Source: Rhizaria sp. SCN 62-66 (taxonomy: Eukaryota). Taken from it: a DNA stretch of 64,000 bases. A model generated the notes under the pieces. The model had not been told where the DNA came from, did not search any database, and saw nothing but the letters and a program-made list of their open reading frames with translations. The stretch covers positions 1 to 64,000 of the forward strand of contig MEDY01000112.1 in assembly GCA_001724265.1 (NCBI GenBank), given 5' to 3'. Each line of letters begins with the position of its first letter. Within the stretch, counting starts at the first letter, position 1. Below, in pieces: positions 39,866 to 50,100 of the stretch. A program made the translations under genes and the position numbers.

Positions 39866-42800
39866 ATGAGTCTCTCTCGCCTCGGCCTTGTCCGCGCCTT
39901 TGCCGCGCCGTCCTCCACGGCCATTGCGGCCGCCTCAGGCGTTACCACAGCCCCCAGCAGCAGTTACGGCGGCTCCGCCGGCCGGTCGTCGTCCCGTCAC
40001 AGCGGCAGCGGCAGCGGCAAGGGCAACGGCAACGGCAACGGCGGTGGCCGCCGCCGCGACCGGGCCCCCACCGGCCCCGCGCGCTTCGACACTGGCGAGC
40101 CCGCACTGCCGGGCTCGCGCCTGGCCCGCGAGCGGCAGCATTCGGCCGCCGCCGCCGCCTACTCGGCTTCTGGCCGCGGCGGCGCAGTTGACGCCGACGC
40201 CACCGAGCAGGCCGCGCTGGCGTACGACCTGCCGGGCGGGATCGACTTCGACGCACTGACGGTCGAGGACACCTCGGCGTCGGCCCAGCGCGCCGGCGCA
40301 GCGCTGCAGACTGCGCGCGCAGCCTCGGACTTCTCCGCCGCCGCCGCCGCCTTCAAGAGCACCGGCAAGGGCAAGCCTGCTGCTGCGGCTGCTGCTGCTG
40401 CGGCTGCGCGCGGTGGCCGCTACGACGAGGACGCGGACGGCGACGAGGAGCGCATGCCGCGCGACCCGCGGCCGACGTTTTTCGACAGCGCCGTCTCAGA
40501 CGAGGCCTTCGCCACCGCCGCGCTCTCTGGCAACAACAACGGCGCCGACTACTATGATTCGCGCGACGCAGCCCGTGGCGGCGGCGCGGTGGCCGCGGAG
40601 GAGTTTGCGTTTGACTTTGACGACGCGCAGTTCGACGAGGAGGCGGGCTTCTTCTCCGACGCAGACGCATTCGCTAACACGCAGCAGCAGCAGCCCCGCC
40701 GCAACCGCGCCCTCAACGCCCAGCACATCAGCAACTCGACGGCCGCGTCGACTGCCCCCAGCCGGCCCTACAAGCTGCTGGAGGACGGCACCATGGTGTT
40801 CCCGCGGCTGCTGCCCGCCGACGCGCCGCCGCGCCCGCGCCAGCTGACGCCGCCGAAGCCCGTGGTGGCGGAGGAGGAGCTCCTCGCGCGCCGCGCCGAG
40901 CGCGACCTGCAGCGGCGCACGCCCTCGGCGGCGCTGGCGCCCATGCCGACGCCGCCGCGCACGCAACAGCTGCTCGCGGCCGTCCCAGCGGCCTTTCACG
41001 CGTGCCGCGGCTGCGGCTCGACGCTGCAGTGCGAGGACGACGAGCAGCTGGGCTTCATCCCGCACCACCACCTGCGCGCGCACCTGGAGCGGACCAAGCT
41101 GCAGCTCGATGCGATGCGCCAAGACTTGCGTGTGCGCTCGGGTGGCGGCCGCGGGCGCGGCACGGCCGTGGCGGCCATCCACGCCAGCATGGAGGCCGCG
41201 CTCCGCCAGACCGCACAGGAGCTCGAGGCCAAGCGCCACTTGGGCGCGTACACGGCCGAGCAGTTCCGCCGCATGGGGCTCGACGCCGCGGGCCGCGCGC
41301 TGCCTCAGGCGCCGCAGCTGGATCCCGAGTCGGGGCTGCCGCTGCCGCCGCCGCCGGCCGAGCGCGACTACGCGGTCGTGTTCGACCACCGCGGCGCTGT
41401 GCAGCAGGCGCGGGCCGCGGCGCGCGCACAGCGCGACAACGCAGCGGACCCCGAGTACATGCCGCCCGTGGACGCGCTGGGCGAGCCGGTGCGCGCGCAG
41501 CGGTTCTCGCCGCAGAAGGCTGCGGGCGCGGGTGCGGCGTTGGGCGACAAGGACGTGCTCGACGTGCGCGAGGTGAAGCTGCTGGAGAAGGTTGCCAAGG
41601 AGGCCGCTAAGCCCGCGCACTGCATGCGGTGCCACAAGCTCAAGCACGCGGGCGTGGATGCGGCCTCAGTTGCCGTGCTGCCCGCCGAGGCCTTCGTAGA
41701 CATGCTCAAGCACGAGTTTCAGGGCCCCGCGGCGAAGCCGAGCGTGATCCTCAAGCTGGTGGACCTCTTCGACTTCCACGGGTCCTTCATCGCGGACCTG
41801 CACAAGCTCGCGGGCGGGCGCAACCCGGTGATCCTGGTCGCCAACAAGGCCGACCTGCTGCCCAAGGGCGTGGGGCTGACGCGCATCACGGCCTGGGTCA
41901 AGCGCGAGGCCGCGCGCTACGGCGTGCCCGTGCACTCGGTCGCCGTCGTGTCGGCCGCCACGGGGCTGGGGCTCGACGCGCTCATGCAGCGCGCGCTCAA
42001 GCTCGCGCGCGGCGAGAACGCCGACAACGCGCCGCGCAACCGCGACATCTACGTCGTGGGCACAACCAACGTCGGCAAGTCGACTCTGGTCAACCAGCTC
42101 ATTAAGATGGGACTTGTCGGCACCGGCGTCCCCACGGACCTGTCGGGCGCCGCCTACTCGCGCGACAAGCTTGTGCGCAGCCACAGCTCCGCCGCCCCGC
42201 TCGACGCCACGGGCTTCGACGCCGCGCTGCTCAATAACACAGGCAAGACCGCTGAGGCCGTCGCCGCCGTCGCCGCTGAGTCCGAAGCCCTCGCCAGCTC
42301 CACCGCGAGTGCCACCGCGGCCGGTATGGGGCTCGCCGGGGAGACGGTGCGGCCCCCGGGCAACACGGGCGCGGCGCTGGCGGCGGCGACGGAGGCGGCG
42401 TCGGCCGAGTGGCGCAGCGAGCTGGACCTGGACAAGATCGGCGTGTCGGCGGCGGTGATCGACGCGCTCGTGCCGACCAAGTACATGATCCAGCACCATC
42501 AGGAGCAGCTGCAGCGACAGGCGCAGTCGACGACCTCGGTCATCCCAGGCACCACGCTTGGTGTGCTATCTTTCCCGATCGCCGAGAAGAAGCGCGGCGG
42601 CAAGAACCTCCAGCTCAAGGACACGCCCGGCGTGCTCAACGCGCACCAGCTGTCGTGCTACCTTCACTACGACGAGCTTAAGGCCGTGTTGCCGTCACAG
42701 ACGCTGCGGCCGCTGACGTACCGCGTCAAGCCCGGCCAGTCGCTGCTCATCGGCGGGCTCGCGCGCATCGACGTCGTCGCGGGCCGGCCGTTCTTCTTCA

Positions 42801-45800
42801 CGTGCTACCTCTCAGGCAAGGTCACCGTGCACCTGACTGCGACGCACAACGTCACCGAGGACTACCTGCGCCGCAATGTGGGCACGCTGCTGTCGCCGCC
42901 ATTTACGGCCGACCGCGCGGCCGCGCTGGGCGTTTTCGCGAACCTCGCGCTCAGCGACGCCGAGGCCGAGGCCATGCGCGCGCTCCAGGCCGCGTCGCGC
43001 CGCGAGTTCAACGCCTCCATGGCGCGCGCCAAGCAGGGCGAGGGCGCCGTCCAGCCCCACCAACAGCAGCAGCAGTTCCTCGCTCTCGGCTCTGGCGGCC
43101 GCGGCGCGCAGTTGTCACAGCAGCACTTAGACGCGGACGGGTACTTAGACCGCGTGGAGCGCTCGCTGGACGCGCCGCGGTCGGGTCGGGACCCGACCGC
43201 GCGTCTGCGCCAGGACGCGCGCGACGCCGTCAACGCCGCGCTCAACACGCCCACCGCCGCCGCCGCCGCCGCCGCCGCGGGCAGCCGCGACGAGGACGAT
43301 GTGATCCCCGTGATGCCCGGCGCGGCGGCGCGCGGCGGCCGGTACAGCCACACCAGCACCGACCGCTACGGCGGCCGTGGCCACCAGCGCGATATGGAGG
43401 AGGCCGACGAGGACGAGGACGAGGACGGGCTCTACTCCGAGCGCTTCGACCGCGACTTCGACGACACCAACAACAGCGGCAGCAGCGGTGCTGCGCGCGC
43501 GGCCGCGGTTCGGCGCGCGGCCGCGGCCGCCGAGGACGCCGCGCGCACGGCGGCGACGGGCGCGACGCTGCTGCCCGTGGAGGCGGCCGTGGACACGCGG
43601 AGCCCCGCGCGGTCGTTCGTCGACGCCGCGGGCCGCGTCGTGTACCAGCTGCAGGGTGCCGGGTGGTCCGAGGCCTCGCACGACGTCGTGCTGGCCGGGC
43701 TGGGCTGGGTTGCCGTCACCGGCGCGGGCCCGCTGACCGTGCGTGTCGCCATGGCGGGCGAGTCCGTCGCCGACACCGCGGCCGCCATTGCAGAGGCCGG
43801 CGCCCAGGACGCCGCCGCGCGCAGCAGCGCCGTCGGCAAGGCCCGCGCCGCCGCCTTTGCGCGCCGCGTCGCCGCCAACGAGGCCGGCAACGGCAGCGAC
43901 GGCGCTGCCGACGCGGACGACGGCGTCATCGACGGGACGACGGCGGCGACGACCGTGGCGGGCGCCGCGGGCGCCGCGCTGCCGCCCGCGCTGCAGCGGC
44001 TGTACATGCGCACGCAGCTGCGCGACCCGATCCTGCCCTGGGAGGGACTCGGCCGCGCCAGCGCCTTCACGGGCACGTCCGAGGCCGTGCAGCGCGCTGC
44101 GGCGCTGCAGCGGCAGGAGCGCGCGCGCGAGGAGGACGAGCGTGCTCGCGCCGAGCGCGCCGTCGCCAAGGCCGAGCGGCGGCGCGCGGCGGCCGCGGCG
44201 GCCGGGGGCGAGGCGCGGGTCCTGGCGAGCGAGAGCGACGCGCTGGCCGCGCTCCTGGGCCGCACGGCGCCCACGCCCGCGGTCGCGGCGCGCCTGGGTA
44301 GCGAGATGGCGCGGCTGCGGCTCAGCACTCCCAACCACCTGCGCGGGCTCTCGGACATGGAGTTCGACTCGAGCACCGATGTGGACCTGGGCGCGCGCTC
44401 CGGCTTCGGCTCCGGCTTCAGCTCCGGCGCGGACTCTGGCGCGGGCTCTGCGCTAGAGACGGACGGCGCGGCGGCGGCGGCGGAGCTGGAGCTGGGGACG
44501 GACGGCGAGTTCGGCGGTGTCGGCGCTGAGACTGACTTCGAGTCGGGCTTCGAGTCCGGCAGCGGCAGCAGCGACGGCGAGTTCCTGCGTTTTGAGGCGC
44601 TGTCTCCGTCGGATCTGGAGGCGATGGAGGGTGCGACGGCGAGCGACATCGCCGCCATCGTCGACGCCACCGCCGCTCGCCACGCGCTCAGCAAGGCCAA
44701 GGCCCAGTCTGCGGCTCCCTCTGTTGCCGCCGCGCCGCAGCGGGAGCGGAAGCAGAGCCAGCGGCTGGGCACCATCTCCGAGCGCGAGTTCGGCGAGGAC
44801 GACGCGAACATCATCGCATCGACCACTGCGACTGCGCCCGCGGCGCCCGCGGCGAGCGAGGTGGACTTCAACCCCTACAAGCACCCCGAGGTGGCGACGC
44901 CCGCGGCGGCGCTGTCGCCGCAGGCGGGCCGGCGCGCGAAGCTGGGCACAGCCGAGGACCCTGTGTGGGCGTCGATCCAGGCGTTCCACCGCGAACGCGG
45001 CGAGAACGCCGCCACGGTGGGCGCGCAGCACGTGGACCCGGACCCCGACGCGCCGCTCACGGGCGAGCTCGAGGCGCAGCTGGCGCACCTCACGCTCACT
45101 GCCTCGCAGCGCCGCAAGCGCATCGCCGCCGGGCTCGACCCCGCCGTCCAGCCCCACGGGCTCGCCGCCCAGGGCGAGGATGGCGAGGACGTCGATGTGG
45201 AGGACGTGGACATCGATGCCATCCTGGCGCGGGCGTCCCGCGCGCTGGCGGCCGAGGAGCAAGGCGTTGACCTGGAGCTCATGGAGGACGGCTTCGATGG
45301 CGAGGCTCTGGCCGCCAGTCTGCCGCGCGACGCCGTGTTTGACGACGACGGCGACGGTGACCTGGGCTTTGACTACGACCCGCGCGGCGACGAATACGAC
45401 AGCGACTTCGGCACCGGCGACGAGGGCGGCCGCTTCAACCCCGACGACTACGTCGTTACGGACCCTACCGAGATCGCGCTGCTGCGCGCCGAGGCACTCC
45501 GGGAGTCCGCCGCCGACGCCGCCGCGCGCCGCGCGCACCGTGACGCGAACGCTGGCACCGACGGTGGGGACCACTACGCCGAGGCGGACGCAGCGTCGGC
45601 CGAGGCGGCGGCGCTGTCGGCCGCGCACCGCGCCAAGCACCGCGCGCGCCAGGCGGCGGCACTGGAGCTGAACGCGGCCAAGCTGCGCGGCGACGTGCGC
45701 CTGCGCGGCGAGTCCCGCGATGCGCGCTACGCCACCGCGGGCGCCGCGCTGGACCCGGACAACGTGCCGGGCGTCACGCGCAGGCCCAGCAACGCGCCGC

Positions 45801-46456
45801 CCGCGGCCAGCAGCTACGGCAACGGCTACGGCAACCGCTACGGCGGCGAGAGCGGCTCCAACTGGAGCACCGGCGGCAACCGCGGCTACGGCGGCGGCAG
45901 CAACAACCGCGACCGTGACAGCGGCTACGGCGCGCGCGACAGCAACTACGGCGGCGGATACGGCGGTGGCAACAACAGCGGCAGCCGCAACGGCAATGAC
46001 GGCAACGGTGCCGCCCCGCGCCGCGACGCGCGCGGCGGGTACGTTGCAGACCGCGGCGCCGACGGGCGCGGCGCCGTGTACGTCAACAAGTGGGGCAGCG
46101 AGGAGCGCGGCGGACGGCGCGCGCGCGAGGCGATGGGCCTGGGCACGGCCAAAGACGCGCAGCGCCACACCAAGTACAAGGACGCGGCCAACTACCAGCG
46201 CGCCGTGCGCGAGGGACGCGCCAGTTCGCCCTCGCGCTCCAGTGGCGGCAGCGGCAGCGGCAGCGGCGGCTACGGCGGTAACAGCAACAGCAGCTACAGC
46301 GGTAACCGTGACCGTGACCGCAGCAGCGACCGGGGCGGGTTCCGCGGTGACCGCGAGCAGCGCGGCAACGGTGGCGGCTACAGCAACGGCGGCAGTGACC
46401 GTCGCACCAACAACTCCGGCGGCGGCTCGCGTGGTGGCAACAACAGTCGTTACTAA
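39866..46456 (+). CDS. NOA1: NOA1/YqeH/Gep3 family circularly permuted GTPase (organellar ribosome assembly), greatly expanded, ~2196 aa
   Basis: Zn ribbon CRGCG.TLQ...GFI and CMRCHKLKH; VDLFDF; G4 LVANKADLLP; G5 VSAATG; G1 VGTTNVGKSTLVN; G2 SVIPGTT; G3 DTPG; GQSLLIGGLARID; DVVLAGLGWVAV. Presequence-like start MSLSRLGLVRAFAA at 39866. Ends TAA. Confidence 0.93.
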   Translation: MSLSRLGLVRAFAAPSSTAIAAASGVTTAPSSSYGGSAGRSSSRHSGSGSGKGNGNGNGGGRRRDRAPTGPARFDTGEPALPGSRLARERQHSAAAAAYSASGRGGAVDADATEQAALAYDLPGGIDFDALTVEDTSASAQRAGAALQTARAASDFSAAAAAFKSTGKGKPAAAAAAAAAARGGRYDEDADGDEERMPRDPRPTFFDSAVSDEAFATAALSGNNNGADYYDSRDAARGGGAVAAEEFAFDFDDAQFDEEAGFFSDADAFANTQQQQPRRNRALNAQHISNSTAASTAPSRPYKLLEDGTMVFPRLLPADAPPRPRQLTPPKPVVAEEELLARRAERDLQRRTPSAALAPMPTPPRTQQLLAAVPAAFHACRGCGSTLQCEDDEQLGFIPHHHLRAHLERTKLQLDAMRQDLRVRSGGGRGRGTAVAAIHASMEAALRQTAQELEAKRHLGAYTAEQFRRMGLDAAGRALPQAPQLDPESGLPLPPPPAERDYAVVFDHRGAVQQARAAARAQRDNAADPEYMPPVDALGEPVRAQRFSPQKAAGAGAALGDKDVLDVREVKLLEKVAKEAAKPAHCMRCHKLKHAGVDAASVAVLPAEAFVDMLKHEFQGPAAKPSVILKLVDLFDFHGSFIADLHKLAGGRNPVILVANKADLLPKGVGLTRITAWVKREAARYGVPVHSVAVVSAATGLGLDALMQRALKLARGENADNAPRNRDIYVVGTTNVGKSTLVNQLIKMGLVGTGVPTDLSGAAYSRDKLVRSHSSAAPLDATGFDAALLNNTGKTAEAVAAVAAESEALASSTASATAAGMGLAGETVRPPGNTGAALAAATEAASAEWRSELDLDKIGVSAAVIDALVPTKYMIQHHQEQLQRQAQSTTSVIPGTTLGVLSFPIAEKKRGGKNLQLKDTPGVLNAHQLSCYLHYDELKAVLPSQTLRPLTYRVKPGQSLLIGGLARIDVVAGRPFFFTCYLSGKVTVHLTATHNVTEDYLRRNVGTLLSPPFTADRAAALGVFANLALSDAEAEAMRALQAASRREFNASMARAKQGEGAVQPHQQQQQFLALGSGGRGAQLSQQHLDADGYLDRVERSLDAPRSGRDPTARLRQDARDAVNAALNTPTAAAAAAAAGSRDEDDVIPVMPGAAARGGRYSHTSTDRYGGRGHQRDMEEADEDEDEDGLYSERFDRDFDDTNNSGSSGAARAAAVRRAAAAAEDAARTAATGATLLPVEAAVDTRSPARSFVDAAGRVVYQLQGAGWSEASHDVVLAGLGWVAVTGAGPLTVRVAMAGESVADTAAAIAEAGAQDAAARSSAVGKARAAAFARRVAANEAGNGSDGAADADDGVIDGTTAATTVAGAAGAALPPALQRLYMRTQLRDPILPWEGLGRASAFTGTSEAVQRAAALQRQERAREEDERARAERAVAKAERRRAAAAAAGGEARVLASESDALAALLGRTAPTPAVAARLGSEMARLRLSTPNHLRGLSDMEFDSSTDVDLGARSGFGSGFSSGADSGAGSALETDGAAAAAELELGTDGEFGGVGAETDFESGFESGSGSSDGEFLRFEALSPSDLEAMEGATASDIAAIVDATAARHALSKAKAQSAAPSVAAAPQRERKQSQRLGTISEREFGEDDANIIASTTATAPAAPAASEVDFNPYKHPEVATPAAALSPQAGRRAKLGTAEDPVWASIQAFHRERGENAATVGAQHVDPDPDAPLTGELEAQLAHLTLTASQRRKRIAAGLDPAVQPHGLAAQGEDGEDVDVEDVDIDAILARASRALAAEEQGVDLELMEDGFDGEALAASLPRDAVFDDDGDGDLGFDYDPRGDEYDSDFGTGDEGGRFNPDDYVVTDPTEIALLRAEALRESAADAAARRAHRDANAGTDGGDHYAEADAASAEAAALSAAHRAKHRARQAAALELNAAKLRGDVRLRGESRDARYATAGAALDPDNVPGVTRRPSNAPPAASSYGNGYGNRYGGESGSNWSTGGNRGYGGGSNNRDRDSGYGARDSNYGGGYGGGNNSGSRNGNDGNGAAPRRDARGGYVADRGADGRGAVYVNKWGSEERGGRRAREAMGLGTAKDAQRHTKYKDAANYQRAVREGRASSPSRSSGGSGSGSGGYGGNSNSSYSGNRDRDRSSDRGGFRGDREQRGNGGGYSNGGSDRRTNNSGGGSRGGNNSRY

Positions 46457-47101
46457 GCACAGAAGATGATATGCAGCAGCGCAGACACAAAAATATTATT
46501 TAATTAACTTAATTGTGTTTTACCACACACTCAGATACAAAATCTCATTCAAGAAGTCAAGAAGTTATTTATTACTTGCTAGAAATCGTGTGTACGTATT
46601 ATAATAGTAATGCTCATTAGAGACGACGAACGCTCGCTTACAGATGTGCAACTTGGCTTTGGCCTGCTGCGATGCTGCGCAACATATGTGTTGCTCGTCG
46701 GAATAAATTGTACATGAACATATATGGAGACAATAAACGGATTACCAATGGGAAAACAAGTGATATGAACAATATGAGCAAGTGACATTTGAAGTATTAA
46801 TACATAGTTCATAGTGTCATGAACTTGCAGCAAAGGTATTCTCAACACAAGAAGTAGTTGACAAACGAAATCGAAAATAAAAACACCCGAACACTTGCAC
46901 AAAAGAAAAAACACAAACAAAACATGAAAAGTTATGAGAGCATGCGCTGCTCATTCACGATACGTCGCATCGGCACGCGGCGACCGACTCTCTCTTAAGA
47001 CATCAGCGCTGCGGCTTCCGCGGTTTGCCAGTGATTTGAACCGAACTGAACTGGCGGTCTCGCTGTTCTATTGCTCACGCCCCGGTCGCTCACCCACTTT
47101 T

Positions 47102-50100
47102 TCACTTCTTCATGGAGGAGAGCAGCGGGGGCATGCCGGGCGCGGGCGCCGAGGGGCCCGACGCCGCGGCGGGCGCGGGCGAGGGCGTGCCGCGCGGCTG
47201 GTTGACCGCGGCCGAGGGGAGAAACATGCTCGCCTGCGCCGCTTGTTGCGGCTGATACCCCAGCGCAGACGCGCGCCGCGCGCCGGGCGGGGCGCCGCTG
47301 GTCGCGGGAGTGGGCGCGATCACCGCCACGGCGGGCGCGGGCGCGGGCGCGGGCGCAGCAGTAGCGGCGGCGGCGGCGGCGGGCGCGGCGGCGGCGGGCG
47401 TGGCGGTGAGGCTGGAGCGGCGCGAGCCCGCGGCGGAGGTCGGCAGCGGCGCACCCGCGGCCGTGGCAATGGCGACGGGCGCCTTGCCGGCGACTGCGGG
47501 CTGCACCAGTGAGGTCGTGCCGCGGCGGTGGCGCGAGAGCTGCTGGTGCTTGGCCTTGGTGGTCTCGGCGACCGAGACAATGGCGCCGCTCCAGGCGAGC
47601 ACGTCCTCTTCGTCCTTGAATTCGAAGGCCTGCTCGCGGACGAAGTGCGCGGGGTCGAACCCGGGCGCGCCGGCGCCCTCGTCGTCGGCGCCGGTCGCGC
47701 TCACGCTGGAGCCGCAGGGGACGTCGAGCGAGCCCGCGCCAAACGAGGCCGAGCCGCCGGCGGAGAAGCCGCCCGAGGGCGCGCCCGAGAGACCGGCGCT
47801 GGCGCCGGCGCCCGGCGCGGGGGGCGTGAAGACGAGCTGGAGCCCCCACATGTCTGCCTCGCGGTGCGAGGTCGACACGCGGCCCAGTCCCGGGTCCGCC
47901 GAGAGGCCCGTGTTGCGGAGCGCGGCGACGGAGCGGCCGAAGGGGCGCACGCGCAGCTGCGTGACAGGCAGCGCGCCGCGGAAGCCGTACTCGGGCGAGG
48001 TCCAGAAGATGACGTCGTTGCAGAGGAAGATGCGGGTGTCCTTGGAACGCGCGCCTTCGACGCGGCGCACGAAGTCCTCCTTAACGAGCAGCCGGTTGGG
48101 CGCAAGAATGTCGGCCGACTTGCCAGGGGCCTGGCGGATGAGCTCCTGGATCGCGGACAGCCGCGAGCGCGCCTCGGTTTCGTGCTGGAACGCGTTGATG
48201 GTGCGCGCGACGGCCTCAACGGCGCGCATCGCCTTCTCGATGAGCTCGAACTCGCGCCGCAGCGCCGCCATCGCCTCGGGGCTGGTCCGCTCGATGGGGC
48301 CGCCCGCGCGCGGGGTCGCCGCGGGCGTCTGGTTGATCCCGGAGCCGCCGTGGACGGCGTGACCAGCGGTGGCGTTGATGCCGGGCATAGGGCCGAGCGT
48401 GGAGAGCGAGAGCTGGAGCGGACCCAGCTCGCCGTCGGAGCCCACCAGGTCGGAGAAGGGGTCCGCCACGCTGTTGCTGTTGCTGTCGCCGCCGCTGTTG
48501 CCGGCGGTGGGGCCGCGCTTGGAGACGGGCGAGACGGGCGTGGACACTGCGCCGAGCGATGCGAAGGGGTCCTCCTCGGCCGCCACGGCGTCGGCGATGA
48601 CGTTGCGTTGGCAGCCCTTAAGCTCCTTGAGCAGCAACACGTAGCGCGGGAGGCGCTGGATGGGAATGATGAGGTAGTCGGCGACGGTCTTGCCGCAGAA
48701 GGCCGGGTTCGCCTGCACGCGCTGCACGAACGCCTGCAGCAGCGCGTTGGTCGCCAGCCCGTCGAAAAAGGCCTTGACACACTTCTCGTAGTAGGAGATG
48801 TAGGGTTTGTAGAGCTTGAAGTAGGGGGCGAGTGTGATGAAGGTTGACGCGACGCCCGTGCCGTCGGGCAGCGACTTGCGCAACATGTCCAGCACAGAAT
48901 CGTGCAGCATCGCGATCGGCCCCACCTGCGAGAGGAAGAACTTGAAGTCGGGGTCGATGTCGGGCATCTGCGCCAGCTGCTCGAGCAGCGGCGTCACGAA
49001 GTGCGTCAGCAGGATCCGCAGGTTCTTGATGTACGTCTCCTCGGTGGAGATGACCTCGTTGCGCACGCGCTCGCGCTTACTCTTACTCTTGCTCAGCCCG
49101 CCCTCGACGCTCTCCGTGCTCACCAGGTTGCTGTTGCTGCTGCTCGACAGCGCGGCCGCGGCCGGCGGCGCGGGCGACACCGAGCGCTGCGCACCGCTCG
49201 CGCTGTTGGCGGCGGTGGCGGCGAGCGCGGAGGTCATGGTCAGCGTGCCCGGGTTGGGGTTGGGCGTCCGGTTGCGCGGCGGCACCGACGGCGGCGGCGA
49301 CGCCGGCGACGGCCCCCCCGCGCCCGCGCTCGCGCCCGCGCTTGCGCTGGGGGACGGCGACGGCGCGCGGCCCGGAGACGTCACACCAGCAGCACTGGCG
49401 GCGGCGTCGGCGTGGGGCCCGCCGGCGACGGACGCGCGCGGCGGGCGGGCCGGCGGGGCGCGCAGAGTGCCGTTCGCGCCAGCGGCCGCGTTGTTAGCAG
49501 CGGGCTTGGTGACGACGACGACGGCGGGCGCCTTGTGCTCGCTCTCCTTCACGCCACCGGAGGCAGCGCCGCCGGCGGCAGCGGACGCTGAGGCGCCAGA
49601 GGAGGCGGCGAGCTCGAGGGCCTTAAGCTTCTCCTCGAGCGCGCGCTTCTCGTCCTCGACGCGGCGCCGGTCGTCCTCGGCCTTGCGCTGGGCGAGCTCC
49701 ATTCGGCGCTTGTCCTCCTCCATCGCGGCCTCCATCGCGGCGAGGCGGCGGCGCGTCTCGTCCATCTCGTGCGTGTGCGCGCGCGCCGCCTGATCCAGCA
49801 TCGCCTTCATGTCCACGGTCGAGATGCGCGTCAGAGACGGCGCCACCAGCGCCTCCCCGCCCTCGGTCACCATCGCCGGCACAGCGGGGCCGTGCGCGCC
49901 GTGATGACCGTGAGCCGCGGCGGCGGCGGCGGAGGATGACGGCGTGGCGGCGGGGGTGACCGCCGCGGCACCGGCGGCGGCCACCTCGGCGGCGGCGGCG
50001 GCGGCGGCGGCCGAAGCGGGGGTGGGCGCCGCGCCGGGGTCTGCGACGACGAGCCACTCGGCCGCGCTGCCGAAGATGTCGTCCTCGCTCAGCTCCTTGA

